Assembly: GCA_964424115.1 (NCBI GenBank) | Contig: CAYRHN010000017.1 | Span: forward strand, 16,579 to 80,578 | Direction: 5' to 3' | Length of the DNA: 64,000 nt | Source: an uncultured Anaerolineaceae bacterium | GTDB lineage: Bacteria > Chloroflexota > Anaerolineae > Anaerolineales > Anaerolineaceae | In this document: in pieces, positions 62,612 to 64,000 of the stretch | Position numbering within the stretch: position 1 is the first letter of the stretch | How the letters are laid out: each line of letters starts with the position of its first letter | Position numbers and translations under genes: made by a program | Notes under the pieces: generated by a model | Told to the model about the DNA's origin: nothing | The model's database searches: none | Seen by the model: only the letters and a program-made list of their open reading frames with translations

Positions 62612-64000
62612 CAGGGTTTTGAGCTTTCTTTGATTTCTTGGGGGGGTTGGGGGGCTTGCTTGTTCCCTCTTTAGACTGGCTTGTTGTTTTCCGCTTGCGT
62701 TTCTTATTCAACGCATTGTCCTCATTCGCCATTTCCCATTCTCTTTCAATGGTTTCTTTGTCTTGTAATTTCATTCCTTTAATCCTTTTCGATAGATTGT
62801 GCTCGAGCCTACTGGCCTGGGTATGACTTTCATCTGGCAACTTATCCTCTTTTCGAACTGCATCACACAAATATTTGCCATCAATAAATAAAGCAATCTG
62901 GGAAATATCATTCGGGTCAAAATGAATCCCGTATTTTATAATCCCTCCAGAATTATCGATCCGTGGCAACTTTCTCATTTTTGGGGATGTGTAGCTGGAT
63001 CCGAATAATTGAATCCCCTTTTGCGTAATGGTACGTGTCTGCGGAAAAATTACCCAAAACATGCGCTCAATTTCTGGGGTTTGTGCTGGGATCAATTGAA
63101 GGCTATGAGATGTACCCTGCCACCATTTCTCGTTAGGCGTCAAGCCATCCAAAGCTGTATGCGGCGAATTTTGATGCTGGTCAATCAGTTGAACAATCCG
63201 CTTATACAGATCGTTGTAAGTCCGGTTCGCCTTCTTCAACGATTCTGATAATTCTCGCTTTCTAAGGTCAATGGCGCCTGCCATAGGCTGTAACTGCTGC
63301 TTAATCTTTCCAAAAACTGTTTCAATTACCGCACCGTAACGGGCTTTATAGCATGGGCGGAAGTCGAGTTCGACGGTTGTGTAATTTCCCTTACAGCTGA
63401 TCATTGCCGCTAGTTGTTTCAGCGAATTGCTGTGATGCGAAAAAGCATTATCCAGACTCAGTCGCTTGGGGATCCCATACACCGGCCAGCGATCCGTCGA
63501 TATTCCATACTTCTGCAATATATCGCCCTTCGGGAAAATCGCATTCTTCAATGCGGTTTGCAAATCTTTTGTTGTTGAGCCTTTTTCAGATAGATTAAAA
63601 CCCAAAATGCTTCTGGAAAAAGCATCAATGAACATTGTCAACCACATGCGGAACGGTTTTTTCTGTGTACCATCTTCCGAGACGATAAACAAATCCAACA
63701 AGTAATGATCTACAAACACATATTCAAGGGGCAGTTGTGCCTTGTGAACATATTGATCAAATACCAACCAATCATTATTGAGAAACTCCTTTCCTTCTCG
63801 AGATAAAACTTCTTTTTCACTGCGCCCGGGCTGATATTTATATTTCCTTATCTGAACCATGAACCAGCTCCTGCTGGGCATTTTAACAGGCACAAATAAA
63901 TGTTTCACTTCAGGATCTTCCATAATCTGGTCCATCCGCAATTGCTTCCTCATCAACCGTTCAGCCCATTTTTGAAGCAACTTGGTCCGGTCTTTATCAG
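62538..64000 (-). CDS. tniA: TnsB/TniA-type DDE transposase (rve-like core plus Mu-transposase-like C-terminal domain), 5' end outside the window
   Basis: DDE-region blocks are VFVDHYLLDLF, WLTMFIDAFSR and RLSLDNAFSHH. Another block is RTITQKGIQLFGSSYTS. The frame stays open to base 64000 (..DKDRTKLLQKW), so the TTG at 63980 is probably not the true start. Confidence 0.75.
   Translation of the reverse strand, partial: DKDRTKLLQKWAERLMRKQLRMDQIMEDPEVKHLFVPVKMPSRSWFMVQIRKYKYQPGRSEKEVLSREGKEFLNNDWLVFDQYVHKAQLPLEYVFVDHYLLDLFIVSEDGTQKKPFRMWLTMFIDAFSRSILGFNLSEKGSTTKDLQTALKNAIFPKGDILQKYGISTDRWPVYGIPKRLSLDNAFSHHSNSLKQLAAMISCKGNYTTVELDFRPCYKARYGAVIETVFGKIKQQLQPMAGAIDLRKRELSESLKKANRTYNDLYKRIVQLIDQHQNSPHTALDGLTPNEKWWQGTSHSLQLIPAQTPEIERMFWVIFPQTRTITQKGIQLFGSSYTSPKMRKLPRIDNSGGIIKYGIHFDPNDISQIALFIDGKYLCDAVRKEDKLPDESHTQASRLEHNLSKRIKGMKLQDKETIEREWEMANEDNALNKKRKRKTTSQSKEGTSKPPNPPKKSKKAQNPDAMESINPTVSRLKNYLQQIVEED

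Larger units (their letters stand above)
36300..64000. mobile_element. AT-richer mosaic genomic island (defence and cargo genes plus Tn7-like transposition genes); right boundary outside the window
   Basis: Base composition and codon usage switch abruptly around 36.1-36.4 kb. The island holds R-M, NACHT, HEPN, Mrr and DGQHR genes, with tniQ/tniB/DDE transposase genes at the right edge. Confidence 0.6.

Overview
The window has two compositionally distinct parts.

(1) Bases 1 to about 36,300 are GC-rich, densely coding core bacterial DNA. The motif content and a bacterial Elp3 suggest a Chloroflexota/Anaerolineae-like genome, but that is inference only. This part encodes:
- a PLD-family protein, a GH5 glycosidase and GT-C-like membrane proteins;
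- a complete System I cytochrome c maturation cluster (ccmE-F-H-G, two extra genes, then ccmA-B-C-D), whose CcmE carries a CxxxY (Cys) heme-binding tail;
- a degenerate cupredoxin, a radical-SAM/GNAT Elp3 homologue and an HD hydrolase;
- a run of membrane proteins and lipoproteins with Pro/Gln/Tyr-rich tails encoded by tandem DNA repeats;
- GerW/YtfJ-like, DUF4342-like and HEAT-repeat proteins, and an ABC-F ATPase;
- an isolated two-gene [NiFe]-hydrogenase whose small subunit is fused to two cyclic-nucleotide-binding domains;
- an alpha/beta-hydrolase membrane protein and exonuclease III.
A modular intergenic repeat family (CACGGAT-type units, GTAGGGGCGACC..GGTCGCCCCTAC palindromes, GTTGGGTT..AACCCAAC hairpins) is scattered through this part.

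(2) Bases about 36,300 to 64,000 are an AT-richer, mosaic accessory island that runs off the window. It contains:
- a 1186-aa secreted multidomain protein;
- a 1-kb non-coding stretch with TGTAACTA-type repeats;
- a tightly coupled operon of a DGQHR (DndB-like) protein, an unknown protein, a Dam-like methyltransferase and a large coiled-coil unknown protein;
- a roughly 12-kb Type I R-M operon (hsdM-hsdS ... hsdR) with four genes embedded between hsdS and hsdR: a HEPN Rx4H protein, an Mrr-type nuclease, and a NACHT/HEAT STAND NTPase split by one in-frame stop;
- Tn7/Tn5053-like transposition genes (tniQ, tniB, and a DDE transposase truncated by the window edge).

The best candidates for something undescribed are the DGQHR/methyltransferase operon, the composite Type I R-M/HEPN/Mrr/NACHT operon, and the cNMP-domain hydrogenase. 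No rRNA, tRNA or CRISPR array was recognised. All functional calls come from motif reading of the supplied translations. No database search was run.
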